A stretch of 64,000 nucleotides of DNA from Gemmatimonadota bacterium (GCA_031402225.1 JANNSD010000152.1:395-64394), one strand, 5' to 3'; numbered from the stretch's first letter, positions 37,738-48,570 are shown. Made by a program: numbers and translations. The notes: generated by a model from the sequence alone, not told the origin.

Positions 37738-38708
37738 CACCGCTGCTCGAAGTGCGCGACCTCCGCGTCAGCTTTCCCGCCAGTGGCGGCGGCACCATCC
37801 ATCCGGTGGACGGCGTGAGCTTCACGCTCGAGCGGGGACGCACCCTCGCGCTGGTGGGCGAGTCCGGTTGCGGCAAGAGCCTGACCGGCCTGGCCCTGCT
37901 GCGCCTCGTGCCTTCACCAGGCCGGGTAGACACATCCAGCGCCATAAGGCTCGCAGGCAAGGACCTGATGTCGCTCGATGAGACGGCGATGCGCGCGGTG
38001 CGGGGCGGCCGCATCGGGATGGTGTTCCAGGATCCGATGACCAGCCTGAACCCGGTGCTGACAGCGGGCGACCAGATCGCCGAGGCGATACGCGCACATC
38101 GCGCCGTGGCCCGGCGCGACGCGCGGGCACGGGCCGAGGCGCTGCTGGGCGAGGTTGGCATCGCCGATCCGGCACGGCGGATCGACGAGTACCCCCACCA
38201 GTTGAGCGGCGGCATGCGCCAGCGCGTCATGATCGCGATCGCGCTCGCCGCGGAGCCCGAGATCATCATCGCCGATGAGCCAACCACGGCACTCGACGTC
38301 ACGGTGCAGGCCCAGATCCTCGAGCTGCTCGACCGGCTGCGCCAGGAGCGCGGCATGGCGGTGCTGCTCATCACGCACGACCTCGGGGTGGTGGCCGGGC
38401 GGGCCGACGACATGTGCGTCATGTACGCCGGCCAGATCGTCGAGCGGGCCTCCACCCGCCAGGTGTTCGAGGCACCCGCGCATCCGTATACTCGCGGATT
38501 GTTCGGATCGGTACCGACGATCACCGGCCCCCGGGAGCGACTGACGCCGATTGCCGGCTCGGTGCCGCCGCCGAACGCGTGGCCCGGCGGCTGCCGCTTC
38601 GGCCCCCGCTGCCCCGCGCGTTTTGCGCGCTGCGACCAGATGCCGTCGCTTCGGCGCGGGGCACCGGGGCACGAGGCACGCTGCTGGCTCACCGGAGATG
38701 ATGCATGA
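37734..38708 (+). CDS. Peptide ABC transporter ATP-binding protein (OppD-like)
   Basis: GESGCGKS, YPHQLSGGMRQR, ADEPTTALD. Confidence 0.95.
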   Translation: MTPLLEVRDLRVSFPASGGGTIHPVDGVSFTLERGRTLALVGESGCGKSLTGLALLRLVPSPGRVDTSSAIRLAGKDLMSLDETAMRAVRGGRIGMVFQDPMTSLNPVLTAGDQIAEAIRAHRAVARRDARARAEALLGEVGIADPARRIDEYPHQLSGGMRQRVMIAIALAAEPEIIIADEPTTALDVTVQAQILELLDRLRQERGMAVLLITHDLGVVAGRADDMCVMYAGQIVERASTRQVFEAPAHPYTRGLFGSVPTITGPRERLTPIAGSVPPPNAWPGGCRFGPRCPARFARCDQMPSLRRGAPGHEARCWLTGDDA

Positions 38709-39697
38709 CGGCGCCGGCCGCGGTGGCACCGTTGCTCGAGGTCCGCGACCTGGTGAAGCACTACGGCGCGCGGTCGATGCTCGGTCGCCGTTCGCCGCCT
38801 GTACGCGCCGTGGACGGCGTGTCGCTCACCCTCGGCCGGGGCGAGACGCTTGGCCTGGTGGGTGAGTCGGGATGCGGCAAGACCACCGTGGGACGGACCA
38901 TCATCCGCCTGCAGGAACCAACCTCGGGCCAGGCGCTCCTCGACGGCACCGACATCTTCACGCTGGGTCCTGATGCGCTGCGCGCCTTCCGGCGGCGGGT
39001 ACAGATGATTTTTCAGGATCCGTATGGCTCGCTCAACCCGCGCATGACCGTGGGTGACGCCATCGCGGAGGGCATGGACATTCACCACCTCGGTACCCGT
39101 CCGCAGCGCCGCGGCCGGGTGGCGACCTTGCTCGAGGAGGTCGGCCTCGATGCCGGCTATGCCGCCCGCTACCCGCACGAATTCTCGGGCGGCCAGCGGC
39201 AGCGGATCGGCATCGCGCGCGCCCTCGCGGTGGAACCGGACCTGATCATCTGCGACGAACCGGTGTCGTCGCTCGACGTCTCGGTACAGGCCCAGGTGCT
39301 CAACCTCCTCTCCGATCTTCAGCAGGCGCGACGCCTGTCATACCTGTTCATTGCGCATGACCTGGCCGTGGTGCGCCAAGTCGCGGATCGCATCGCGGTG
39401 ATGTACCTCGGGCGCATCGTCGAGACCGGTGCCGCCCAGGATGTGCTCGGCGCACCCCGTCATCCCTACACCGTGGCGCTCCGCTCCGCGGTGCCCGAGG
39501 CCAGCATGGCGCCGGCGGTTGGGCGCATTGTACTGCACGGTGACCCGCCGAGTCCCGCCGCCCCGCCGCCGGGATGCGCATTCCACACCCGCTGCTTCCA
39601 CCCGAAGCGCGACGAACGCTGTCGCACCGAGCGTCCCGAGCTGCGGCCGCTTGCCCGTGTGCAGGTAGCATGTCACTACGCCGAGACACCCCCCTGA
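38705..39697 (+). CDS. Peptide ABC transporter ATP-binding protein (OppF-like)
   Basis: [29 protein letters not shown]. Confidence 0.95.
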   Translation: MTAPAAVAPLLEVRDLVKHYGARSMLGRRSPPVRAVDGVSLTLGRGETLGLVGESGCGKTTVGRTIIRLQEPTSGQALLDGTDIFTLGPDALRAFRRRVQMIFQDPYGSLNPRMTVGDAIAEGMDIHHLGTRPQRRGRVATLLEEVGLDAGYAARYPHEFSGGQRQRIGIARALAVEPDLIICDEPVSSLDVSVQAQVLNLLSDLQQARRLSYLFIAHDLAVVRQVADRIAVMYLGRIVETGAAQDVLGAPRHPYTVALRSAVPEASMAPAVGRIVLHGDPPSPAAPPPGCAFHTRCFHPKRDERCRTERPELRPLARVQVACHYAETPP

Positions 39698-39711
39698 ATG
39701 CGAGAGTCGGC

Positions 39712-40104
39712 ATGCGACAATTGGTAAGCTCCGGCGCACCCTGGGAATCAGTCGTGGGCTACTCCCGCGCGGTGCGGACTGGCAACCTGGTGTTCGTGGC
39801 CGGCACGACGGCCACCGGCGCCGACGGTAAGGTGATTGGTGAGGGCGATGCCTATGCGCAGGCGCGGCAGGCACTCCTCACCATCGAGCTGGCACTCAAG
39901 GCGGTGGGCGCCGGGTTACGGGATGTGGTGCGGACCCGGATGTTCGTGACCGATATTTCGCGCTGGGAGGAAATCGGCCGCGCGCATGGCGAATTCTTCC
40001 GCGACATTCGCCCGGCCGCCACCATGGTCGAGGTGCGCCGGCTCATCGACCCGGCGCACCTGGTGGAAATCGAGGTCGACGCCATCATCGAGGCGGGCCA
40101 GTGA
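39712..40104 (+). CDS. RidA/YjgF/UK114 family protein
   Basis: [29 protein letters not shown]. Confidence 0.92.
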   Translation: MRQLVSSGAPWESVVGYSRAVRTGNLVFVAGTTATGADGKVIGEGDAYAQARQALLTIELALKAVGAGLRDVVRTRMFVTDISRWEEIGRAHGEFFRDIRPAATMVEVRRLIDPAHLVEIEVDAIIEAGQ

Positions 40105-40895
40105 CGATTCCCCTGTTCCAGGTCGATGCGTTCACCGACCGGCCCTTTCACGGCAACCCTGCTGCGGTGTGCCTGCTCGACGCCGCCCGCGACGAGGACT
40201 GGATGCAGTCCGTGGCGGCGGAGATGAACCTCGCCGAGACGGCATTTGTGTCGCCCCGCGAAGGCGACTATGACCTGCGGTGGTTCACCCCCACCTGCGA
40301 AGTGGATCTCTGCGGCCACGCCACGCTGGCCAGTGCCCACGCGCTCTGGGAGTCGAAGCGACTTCGAGCGGGCACCACGGCGCGCTTCCACACGAAGAGT
40401 GGTTGGCTCACGGCCAGCCAGCGCGAGGGCCTCATCGAACTCGACTTTCCCGCGACGCCGGCCGAGGCTGCGCCCGCCTTCGCGGCCCGCCTCGCGGCCG
40501 CGGTGCGTGCGCCGGTCGAGTGGGCCGGCCGTTCGCGCTTTGACCTGGTCGCCCGGCTCGCGCACGCCGACCTCGTGCGCGGCGCGTCACCTGACCTGGC
40601 GCTCGTCGGCGCCCTTCCCTGCCGCGGCGTGATCGTCACCGCGCCCGGGGACGACGGCGTACACGACTTCGTCTCCCGGTTTTTCGGGCCGCAATCGGGC
40701 GTCGACGAAGACCCCGTGACCGGCTCGGCGCACTGCGCCCTGGCACCGTACTGGGCCGGGGAACTCGGCCGCACCGCACTAGTGGGATACCAGGCATCGC
40801 CTCGCGGTGGCACCGTCCGAACGCACCTCGCCGGTGCCCGGGTACTGCTCAGCGGTCACGCCGTTACCGTGCTTCGCGGAGAGTTGCTCACATGA
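40101..40895 (+). CDS. PhzF family epimerase/isomerase
   Basis: QVDAFT...[26 protein letters not shown]. Confidence 0.93.
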   Translation: MTIPLFQVDAFTDRPFHGNPAAVCLLDAARDEDWMQSVAAEMNLAETAFVSPREGDYDLRWFTPTCEVDLCGHATLASAHALWESKRLRAGTTARFHTKSGWLTASQREGLIELDFPATPAEAAPAFAARLAAAVRAPVEWAGRSRFDLVARLAHADLVRGASPDLALVGALPCRGVIVTAPGDDGVHDFVSRFFGPQSGVDEDPVTGSAHCALAPYWAGELGRTALVGYQASPRGGTVRTHLAGARVLLSGHAVTVLRGELLT

Positions 40896-40932
40896 CCACA
40901 CCGCTCGACGCCTTCGGCGGACGGGAATTCTC

Positions 40933-41757
40933 ATGAACGTCTACATCTCGGTCGACATGGAGGGCGTCGCTGGTGTGGCACACGAGGACCAGACCGACCC
41001 CATCAACCCCGCTCACGCCGTGGAGTACGCCCGCTTCCGCCGGCTCATGACCGACGAGGCCAACGCCGCGATCCAGGGCGCCGCCAGCGCCGGCGCAAGC
41101 CGGATCCTCGTCAGTGACTCGCACTGGCTGATGCGAAATCTCCTGGCGGAGGAACTGCACGAGGCCGCCGAACTCATTTCCAGCGGCCCCAGGCGGCTTT
41201 CGATGATGGAGGGCGTGGACGGCGGCTTCGATGCGGTGTTCTGCGTCGGCTATCACGCCATGGCCGGAACCCGTCACGCCACGATCGACCATACCTACAC
41301 CGACCGGATCCACGGGGTGACGCTGAACGGCCGCCCGGTCGGCGAACTCGGGCTCAATGCCGCCGTCGCGGGCTGCTTCGGTGTGCCCGTGGCAATGGTA
41401 TCGGGCGATCAGGCGCTGGCGGCGGAAGCGCGCGCCTTGCTGGGCAATGAGGTGGAGACGGTGGTGGTGAAGGAGGCACTGGGTCGGTTCTCCGCCCGCA
41501 GCGTGTCACCAGCCGAGTCGTGCCGGCGCATCCGGGCCGGGGCCACGCGCGCCCTGCAAAGAAAGCACGCGCCGTTCACCCTCGCGTCCCCGGCAACGCT
41601 CGAGGTCGAGTTCACGCTGACCCAGCACGCCGATAACGCGGAACTGGTTCCGGGCTCGGAGCGCCGCGATGGACGCACCGTGGCGTATGCACATGCCGAC
41701 TATCGCGAGGTGTTTCGTGCCTTCCGCGCGATGTACAACCTCGCCTCCGTTTCCTGA
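40933..41757 (+). CDS. D-aminopeptidase, peptidase M55 (Bacillus DppA-like)
   Basis: ISVDMEG, DSH, GYHA, HTY, GELGLNA, VSGD. Confidence 0.92.
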   Translation: MNVYISVDMEGVAGVAHEDQTDPINPAHAVEYARFRRLMTDEANAAIQGAASAGASRILVSDSHWLMRNLLAEELHEAAELISSGPRRLSMMEGVDGGFDAVFCVGYHAMAGTRHATIDHTYTDRIHGVTLNGRPVGELGLNAAVAGCFGVPVAMVSGDQALAAEARALLGNEVETVVVKEALGRFSARSVSPAESCRRIRAGATRALQRKHAPFTLASPATLEVEFTLTQHADNAELVPGSERRDGRTVAYAHADYREVFRAFRAMYNLASVS

Positions 41758-41764
41758 CCGGCGC

Positions 41765-42394
41765 CTACTGGGGAGGCACCCGGTACAGCGCCGGGTACGC
41801 CTTGCGCAGATATTCCAGCTTTGGCGCATCGTTGATGATGATGTACGGCTGGTCGGGATGCCGCTCCAGGTAGCCCTGGTGGTACGACTCTGCCGGGTAG
41901 AACACATCGAGCGGCACGACCTCCGTGACGATCGGCTGCGGAAACGCCTTCTTCTGGGCCAGCGCGGCGACGTACGCCTGCGCCGCTTTCTGCTGGGTCG
42001 CGTCCTGGTAGAAGATGGCCGACCGGTACTGGGTGCCGACGTCCGGTCCCTGCCGATTGCGCTCCGTCGGGTCGTGCGCCACCATGAAGAACACCTGCAG
42101 CAGTTCCTCCAGGCTCACCTGCGCCGGATCGAACACCACCTGCACTGCCTCCGCATGGCCTGTGCGCCCCGAGCTGACCTGCTCATACGTCGGTGAGCGC
42201 GTGCTCCCGCCGGCATAGCCGGATACCGCCGAGCTCACGCCCTTCACATGTTCGAACACCGCTTCGACGCCCCAGAAACACCCGCCCGCAAAGACGACCG
42301 CCTGCTCCTTCGGCGCGCCCGAACGGGTGGAGGACGCGAGGAGCAGCGGCAATGCCGCCGCGAGAGTGATAGTGCCCAGCCATCGCTTGATCAT
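41765..42394 (-). CDS. msrA: Peptide-methionine (S)-S-oxide reductase with signal peptide
   Basis: GGCFWGVE, GHAEAV, RQGPDVGTQYRS, AESYHQ. Confidence 0.96.
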   Translation of the reverse strand: MIKRWLGTITLAAALPLLLASSTRSGAPKEQAVVFAGGCFWGVEAVFEHVKGVSSAVSGYAGGSTRSPTYEQVSSGRTGHAEAVQVVFDPAQVSLEELLQVFFMVAHDPTERNRQGPDVGTQYRSAIFYQDATQQKAAQAYVAALAQKKAFPQPIVTEVVPLDVFYPAESYHQGYLERHPDQPYIIINDAPKLEYLRKAYPALYRVPPQ

Positions 42395-42587
42395 CGAGAC
42401 TTTCCAGTGGTAGTCAGCATAGTAACGTCGCTCAGGCTCCATCGGATCCGGGCAGGGGGCTGTCCGAAACCCGCAGGGTGCCATGTCAATACTTGCGACG
42501 GAGCCACCTTAGTGTCTACCGTTGCGGACCTGATTTGTTCGCTGGCGCAGCGGCAACGGTTTTCAGCGTCCCGTTTCGGAGATCCGC

Positions 42588-44480
42588 ATGAGTTCGGTCC
42601 GCTCGCTCCTTCGCTGTCTTGCGCCTGCCACCTCCATGATTGCCGTGATCCTCTCCGCGTGTGGGGGCGGCAGCGACGGCCCCGCGGCTCCCCAGGCGCC
42701 AATCGTCACTGGCATGGTCATCGTCGCCGGAAACTTCCAGGTGGCGAGGTACGGCACACCGCTCGTCACCGCGCCAAGCGTGAAGCTGACCAACACCGCC
42801 GGACCGGTGCCGGGCGCGCAGGTGGTGTTCGCCCCGGCCACCGGTTCGGGCTCGGTCACCGGCGCAACCGTCACCACCGACGCGAACGGTGTCGCGACGG
42901 TCGGCAGCTGGACCCTCGGCGCTGCCCCGGGCATCAACACCCTCAAGGTCACCTCCGGCCCCATCACTGTGAGCATCTCCGCGACCGCAACGCCAGGTCC
43001 TGCCGCCGTGATCACGATGGCGCAGGGCAATGACCAGTCTGGCGTCGAGCGCTCGCGGGTGCAGACGCCGCCGCAGGTGCTGGTCACCGATGGTACGTAC
43101 CCCATTCGCGGGGCACAGGTCGACTTCGCGGTGGCGTCGGGCGGCGGATCGCTTGACGTGCCGAACCAGACCACCAATTTCGACGGTATCGCCACACTCG
43201 GGGGATGGAGGCTCGGCACGGCGGGCGCAAACTCCGTCACCGCCACGGTGCGTGGCACGGCGTTGACCACCACGTTCAATGCGACGGCTGCCGCGCTCCA
43301 GGTCTCCAGCTTCACCAAGCTGGACGGCGACAACCAGACCGGGTTCTACGGCAACGTGGCTTCCCGTCGCGCCACCGTCGAGGTCCGGAACCAGTTCAAT
43401 GACCCCGCCGAGGGCGTGGTGGTCACCTTCGCCGTGGCGTCGGGCGGCGGCACCATCGTGAAGGCCGTTGACACCACTGCCGCCAACGGGCGGGCCGAGA
43501 TTGGCACTTGGCGCCTGGGCAACGGCAGCTCGCAGTCGGTCACGGCGTCGGCGGCCGTCGCCGCACCGCCGGCACCGGTCACCTTCGCGGCCACCGCCAC
43601 CGCGGTGCCGGCGTCGGCATTCAAGGTCGATGTACGGTACCCCGATGGCGAACCGAGCGCGGCCGTGAAGGAGGCATTTGACTCAGCCGCCGCCAAGTGG
43701 GGCCGGGTCGTGGTCGGCGACCTCGAGGATATCGTGCTGGCGGGGACGGATACCATCGGCCCGGTGGTCCTCGACGGAATCCCCTGTATTCCGGTGGTGA
43801 AGAACCAGACGCTCGATGACGTGGTCATCTTCGCGTACATCAGGCCGATCGACGGTGCGCGCAACATCCTTGGTTTCGCGACGCCGATCTATACCCGCGA
43901 CAACGACACCACGACCGTGTCGGGCTGCATGGTGTTCGACGAGGCCGACATGGCGGAACTCGCGACCGAGGGGCTGCTTGAGGCCACGATTACCCACGAG
44001 ATGGGTCACGTGCTGGGTATCGGAACGCTGTGGACGGAAAAGGGCAAGACGGTGGGTACCTGTGGCACCAGCAGCGCCTCCAACAAGCCCTACTTCACCG
44101 GTGGCTCCGCCCGGCAAGCATTTCGGGGCGCACTGGGTACCGGTGTGGCGTGGACTGACTCGATGGTGCCATTGGAGGGACAAGGGGCCTGCTTCAACGG
44201 AACGAGGGATGGACATCCGAGCGAGGAGATATTCAAGAATGAGCTGATGACGGGCTTCATCGACCGTATTTCCAACCCGCTCAGTGCCGTCACGGCGGCG
44301 ATGCTCCGTGACCTTGGGTTGACGGTCAATGACCTCGCGGCCGATGCCTACACGGTGCCCTTCGGCCTCCCCGCGCTGCGCACCGGTGCCGGCGGCCGAG
44401 CGCTCAACGAAATGCAGGTCGATGAGCCGATCCGCGTGATCGACCGAAATGGCCGGACCAGAACCGTCATCGAGCGTTGA
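42588..44480 (+). CDS. Lipoprotein with Ig-like repeats and C-terminal leishmanolysin-like (M8-like) zinc metalloprotease domain
   Basis: Lipobox LSAC; three repeats (TTDANGVATVGSWTLG-like); HEMGHVLG...H...NELMTG. Confidence 0.8.
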   Translation: MSSVRSLLRCLAPATSMIAVILSACGGGSDGPAAPQAPIVTGMVIVAGNFQVARYGTPLVTAPSVKLTNTAGPVPGAQVVFAPATGSGSVTGATVTTDANGVATVGSWTLGAAPGINTLKVTSGPITVSISATATPGPAAVITMAQGNDQSGVERSRVQTPPQVLVTDGTYPIRGAQVDFAVASGGGSLDVPNQTTNFDGIATLGGWRLGTAGANSVTATVRGTALTTTFNATAAALQVSSFTKLDGDNQTGFYGNVASRRATVEVRNQFNDPAEGVVVTFAVASGGGTIVKAVDTTAANGRAEIGTWRLGNGSSQSVTASAAVAAPPAPVTFAATATAVPASAFKVDVRYPDGEPSAAVKEAFDSAAAKWGRVVVGDLEDIVLAGTDTIGPVVLDGIPCIPVVKNQTLDDVVIFAYIRPIDGARNILGFATPIYTRDNDTTTVSGCMVFDEADMAELATEGLLEATITHEMGHVLGIGTLWTEKGKTVGTCGTSSASNKPYFTGGSARQAFRGALGTGVAWTDSMVPLEGQGACFNGTRDGHPSEEIFKNELMTGFIDRISNPLSAVTAAMLRDLGLTVNDLAADAYTVPFGLPALRTGAGGRALNEMQVDEPIRVIDRNGRTRTVIER

Positions 44481-45432
44481 TTCTGGGGTATTGCGGCGAG
44501 GCAATCGGGAGGCCCCGGTGCGTCAAGGTGAAGAGCGGGAGCTCGGCCGGGCAGCGGAATCGCGCGCGGATGTTGGTGGTACCGACGCCACGTGACACAT
44601 AGAGCGGCGCGGCCGGTGTATCGTACCAGCCCTCCAGGAACCGGCCCGAACCGTATGGCCTGATCGCCGGGAGCAGCGGCAGCCTGATCTGCCCCCCATG
44701 GGTATGCCCACCGAGCACCAGCGCTGCGGGCGCGTCCGCAGGAATCAGGTCGGCGAAACCGGGGGCATGAAGCGCCCACACCATCGCGTCGGCACCATCC
44801 GCATGCTGGAGCGCCTTCACGACATCGGGCTGCCCTCCCAACCAGTCGTCGAGGCCCACGATGCCGAGCCGCCCGGAGCCGACCTTGAGTACTGCCGTCT
44901 CGTTGCAGAGGAACTGCACGCCCGCCGCTGCGTATGCGCGGCGGGCATCGCCCGGTTGGATACCGCCGGACCGTTCCCAGTTTCCCATGACGGCGTAGGT
45001 GCCCACCGTCCCGCGCGCGCGCCGCGCAAACTCGATGAGGACGTCCAGCGCCTGATACCGCTCGACAATGTCACCCGTCAGGATGACCACCTCGGGCCGC
45101 TCCGCCTCCAGCAGCGCCAAGGCGTGACGTACCGCCCCCTCGTTCGCCGGAAGGTGCACGTCGGACACATGCGCGATGCGCAGGCCCCGGAGCGCCGGTG
45201 CAAGACCGGGCACCTGCAGGTCGTGGCGCGTCAGTTCCACCGTGGTCGCCGCCGGCCCAAAGGCGTAGGCGGACAGGCCAAGGCCCACGGCACCGGCGCC
45301 CGCGGTCGCCGCGAGGAAGTGGCGTCGGGAGAGGAGCCCGTGACCGCCCGGCTCGTCAGTCAGTGCGTGCCCAGCGATTGGTCGATGAAGGGAGCGCGAC
45401 GTTGGCTTCATGCTGGGCTGAATGATACGCAC
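44467..45432 (-). CDS. Metallophosphoesterase (YkuE/YaeI-like) with Tat-like signal
   Basis: SRRHFL, SDVH, TGD, GNWE, GHTHGGQ; start codon uncertain. Confidence 0.88.
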   Translation of the reverse strand: MRIIQPSMKPTSRSLHRPIAGHALTDEPGGHGLLSRRHFLAATAGAGAVGLGLSAYAFGPAATTVELTRHDLQVPGLAPALRGLRIAHVSDVHLPANEGAVRHALALLEAERPEVVILTGDIVERYQALDVLIEFARRARGTVGTYAVMGNWERSGGIQPGDARRAYAAAGVQFLCNETAVLKVGSGRLGIVGLDDWLGGQPDVVKALQHADGADAMVWALHAPGFADLIPADAPAALVLGGHTHGGQIRLPLLPAIRPYGSGRFLEGWYDTPAAPLYVSRGVGTTNIRARFRCPAELPLFTLTHRGLPIASPQYPRINAR

Positions 45433-45433
45433 G

Positions 45434-46909
45434 TCAGGTATGACCCTTCAGCTGGCAGGCCGTATCGACTCCCCGTCGCAGTTGCTCGAGCAGCGGGCCG
45501 GTTGCTCGCCAGCGCTCGATGGTCCAGGTTCGCTGTGGCCCGGTTGCCACCGCACTCCATCGCTCGTCGAGCCGTCTCGCCGCGTCGCACCGGGTGCTGG
45601 TCGGAAGGCCCTCGAGCACGCCCAGCGCCGCTGGTACGGCGCCGGCGCCAAGACTCGCGAGATACGGCGCGTCGAATGGCCGGCCCCGCTCGGCACGCCA
45701 CGCATTGACCCGCACGATCACCTGTTCCGGCCCCGCCACGTTCAGCAGCAGCAGCGTCGCGAGCGCTGCGCCAAGCGCGCCCGCGGAGAAACGGTCCCGG
45801 CGCGACCGCAGTACGCTCGCCGCGAACCATGCGAAGACGAACGCCAGCCACGCCATGAATACCGTGGTGAACAGCCGCTGCTCGGTGAGGCCGTACTCGC
45901 TGGTATAGATCGCCATCCGGAGCAGTGCCGATCCCAGAAGCCCTGTCAGGAGCATGAGCAGGCTGCGCGCCAGGAAGCGGAACCTTCGCCGGTCCCGCTC
46001 CGCCTGCTGGTCGGCAGCCCAGTCCGCCACGAGCAGCACCGGCAGCATGGCCGCCGACACCGTCACCAGCTCGAAGAAGCCGCGACGCGCATACTCCGAG
46101 AAGCTGAGGTCTGCCGTGCCGAGCACCACCGCGCGGCCGCCGAAGAGGTAGCGCGATTGGACCATGAGGAAGGCAAGAAAGAGGAGGGCGATAGGCGCCA
46201 GCGCCCCGACGATGAATGGCGAACTGGTCCGCCCGCCGGCAGGTGCCACCTCGGTGGGCGATGGCGCGCGCGTCAGGGCCCAGAGCAGGCCCGCACCGAA
46301 CCAGGAGAAGAGCAGGACTGGCAGGACATGCTGAACGACCAGCTCAGGATTGAAGAGACGCCCGAGGAGTTGCTCGAACACCGGGTCGGCGCTGCCAAGC
46401 AGAAGGCTGAACAAGAGCAACACCGGTGAGATGGCCACGATGCCGAATCCGGCGGCCCACGTCGATCTCGGCGAACGAGTCGGCGCAGGTCCGCGAACAG
46501 CGCCGAGGAGCGGCCATGCACCAAGGAGCGTTCCGCGCCCGGCGTGCAGCAGGCGGCGGACGAGATCACCGGTGTCACTGTCCAGAACGCGCGCCAGCAG
46601 GCCAACGCGAACGGGGCGGGCAAAGCCGACGAGACCGGCGAGCGCCAGCAGGTTGACGGCAAACAGCGCCTCCGAATCCCGCCAGATCAGCGCGATCATC
46701 AGCAGGATGGCGGGGACGCCCAGCAGGACCCGGTCGGATTCGGGAACATGCAGGAGACCGCGGCGGCTCACGACCGCCAGCACGATGAATAGCAGCCCGA
46801 ATCCGAGCGCCACGTCCAGGCGCCCCGGCACCGACTGCTGCAACATCCGCCAGCCGACGCCCAGCACGATGCCGCCTCCCAGGAGGAACGGCGCGACCCG
46901 GCCGCGCAT
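45434..46909 (-). CDS. DUF4153/DUF4173 family membrane protein
   Basis: LLGSADPVF, SEYARRGFFEL, YGLTEQR, D..YL..L. Confidence 0.8.
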   Translation of the reverse strand: MRGRVAPFLLGGGIVLGVGWRMLQQSVPGRLDVALGFGLLFIVLAVVSRRGLLHVPESDRVLLGVPAILLMIALIWRDSEALFAVNLLALAGLVGFARPVRVGLLARVLDSDTGDLVRRLLHAGRGTLLGAWPLLGAVRGPAPTRSPRSTWAAGFGIVAISPVLLLFSLLLGSADPVFEQLLGRLFNPELVVQHVLPVLLFSWFGAGLLWALTRAPSPTEVAPAGGRTSSPFIVGALAPIALLFLAFLMVQSRYLFGGRAVVLGTADLSFSEYARRGFFELVTVSAAMLPVLLVADWAADQQAERDRRRFRFLARSLLMLLTGLLGSALLRMAIYTSEYGLTEQRLFTTVFMAWLAFVFAWFAASVLRSRRDRFSAGALGAALATLLLLNVAGPEQVIVRVNAWRAERGRPFDAPYLASLGAGAVPAALGVLEGLPTSTRCDAARRLDERWSAVATGPQRTWTIERWRATGPLLEQLRRGVDTACQLKGHT

Positions 46910-47532
46910 CAGCTCGACACCGAGTCGGACGTCAGGGCAATACCACTGCGCCGCTGGACGAAAATGTTGTCGGGCCCGGGGATGGCATACGCCGGCCATC
47001 CCTGCCAGGTACCGACGAGGCGCAGCCCGGTGGCGGATGCCGGCACGGCGAAGTGGAGCGTGCGCTCGTAGGAGTCGCCCGGACCGAGCGGTGTATTGAG
47101 CGTCATCGAATCGGCGGGATATCGCGTGCCGTTCGCGTCGACCACCGACAGCGTCACGTAGCGCGGATCCTCCAGCGCCTCGCGCGCATCGCTGCGCGCA
47201 CGCATGGTCACGTCGACCCCACCATTGCGGGCCACGTGCGTGGCCGTGAGGTGGAGGTGGCAGTCGAAGCCACAGAAGGCGAGCTCCTGTCCCGGCGTGA
47301 GGGCGCGCCGGCCGAGCAGCGGCGGACCGGCGAGGAGCAGTGCTCCGTAGACGCCCAGCAGCGCCAGTCCGATCATCCCCGATCGACGGGCCAACTCGGC
47401 ATTGCCCCGCACGAGGCCGAAGGCCGCGACCAGCAGCGCGCCGGTGATGGAGGCAGCGAGCGTAAGGAATGCCGCGAGGCCCCCGAGTCGCAACAGCAGT
47501 CCCAGCGTGGTATCCGGATCGATTCGCAGCAT
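46909..47532 (-). CDS. Hypothetical membrane-anchored protein
   Basis: Two TM segments then a beta-rich domain with CGFDCH; GAGGAGG RBS. Confidence 0.65.
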   Translation of the reverse strand: MLRIDPDTTLGLLLRLGGLAAFLTLAASITGALLVAAFGLVRGNAELARRSGMIGLALLGVYGALLLAGPPLLGRRALTPGQELAFCGFDCHLHLTATHVARNGGVDVTMRARSDAREALEDPRYVTLSVVDANGTRYPADSMTLNTPLGPGDSYERTLHFAVPASATGLRLVGTWQGWPAYAIPGPDNIFVQRRSGIALTSDSVSS

Positions 47533-47553
47533 GACGACCTCCTCAGCAAGTAC

Positions 47554-47601
47554 TTCACGTCCTCACGTCCTCACGTCCTCACGTCCTCACGTCTTCACGT
47601 C
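47554..47601 (-). repeat. Octamer array, 6 copies (YTCACGTC on +)
   Basis: Read directly; contains the regulator's stop codon. Confidence 0.96.
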
Positions 47602-47981
47602 TTCCTCGTCGCCCGGATCAGCGCCTCCATGTGGGAGAGATACCGCTCCAGCGCCTGGCGACCGCTGCCAGTGAGTTCGTAGTCCGTCCGCGGTGTGCGC
47701 CCCTCGAAGCGCTTGGTACAGCGCACATAACCCGCATCCTCGAGCTTTCGGGCATGCACGCTCAGGTTACCGTCGGTCGTCTCGAGCAGCTGCTTCAGTT
47801 CGTTGAAGCTCAGTGCCGGGTTCACCGCGAGCGCGCTCACGATGGCGAGACGCATGCGCTCATGAATGACGCGATCGAGGTCGAGCGCCTCGCTGGCGGC
47901 GCCTGGCACCGTTCCGAGCGATGCGGGGCGCGCGGCGGGAACGGCGTGGTCGATGCGGCGCGCGTGGGAATGCCTAGCCAC
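47595..47981 (-). CDS. Winged-helix transcriptional regulator (HTH_34, MarR/ArsR-like)
   Basis: LDRVIHERMRLAI, TDGNLSVHARKLEDAGY, KRFEGRTPRT. Confidence 0.9.
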   Translation of the reverse strand: MARHSHARRIDHAVPAARPASLGTVPGAASEALDLDRVIHERMRLAIVSALAVNPALSFNELKQLLETTDGNLSVHARKLEDAGYVRCTKRFEGRTPRTDYELTGSGRQALERYLSHMEALIRATRKT

Positions 47982-48570
47982 CGTACCTCCGCGCGATCAG
48001 GAAACCGAATATCAGGTGCAGCCCGCCGAATCCGAGACCCATCCACAGGCTCCCCAGTGAAGGCGAGGTGAACAGCGCCACCGCACCCAGCGCCATGAAA
48101 CAGGCGCCCATGATGGGAACGACCCGGATCGAGAAGACCCCGCCGGTCACCAGGCCGGTGCCGTACAGCAGGAGCCAGGTGCCGGCGAGCGCCCCGTAGA
48201 CCTCGTGCCGCACGAGCACCAGGGTGAGCAGCATGCCGACACCGATCGGCGGCAGGTAGCCCAGGAAGAACCGCCGTGCCTTGCTGCTGAGCACGTCTCC
48301 TTCCTCCCGGCGGGCCTTCAGCACCATGGTCACGGCGCCGATGGCGCTCGCGATCGCGGCCACACCGAGCCAGGTCATCGTCCATGCGCGCGGTGTGGTG
48401 GCGCGCGCCGATGCCAGGCTGCCGGCCACGGCGGTGACACCCATCGCCATGCCCCCCCACCCCGGCACGGCGGTGAACGCCGACGCCCGCTCCATCGCAC
48501 GGCGGATGAAGCTGAGGTTGTCCATGGCCCGGGAATGCAGGGCGGGCGGGTCCGAGCCGGGTTCTGTCAA
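47974..48570 (-). CDS. Hypothetical membrane protein
   Basis: About six hydrophobic segments; AMDNLSFIR...FGGLHLIFG; start uncertain (TTG 48570 or ATG 48525). Confidence 0.7.
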   Translation of the reverse strand: MTEPGSDPPALHSRAMDNLSFIRRAMERASAFTAVPGWGGMAMGVTAVAGSLASARATTPRAWTMTWLGVAAIASAIGAVTMVLKARREEGDVLSSKARRFFLGYLPPIGVGMLLTLVLVRHEVYGALAGTWLLLYGTGLVTGGVFSIRVVPIMGACFMALGAVALFTSPSLGSLWMGLGFGGLHLIFGFLIARRYGG

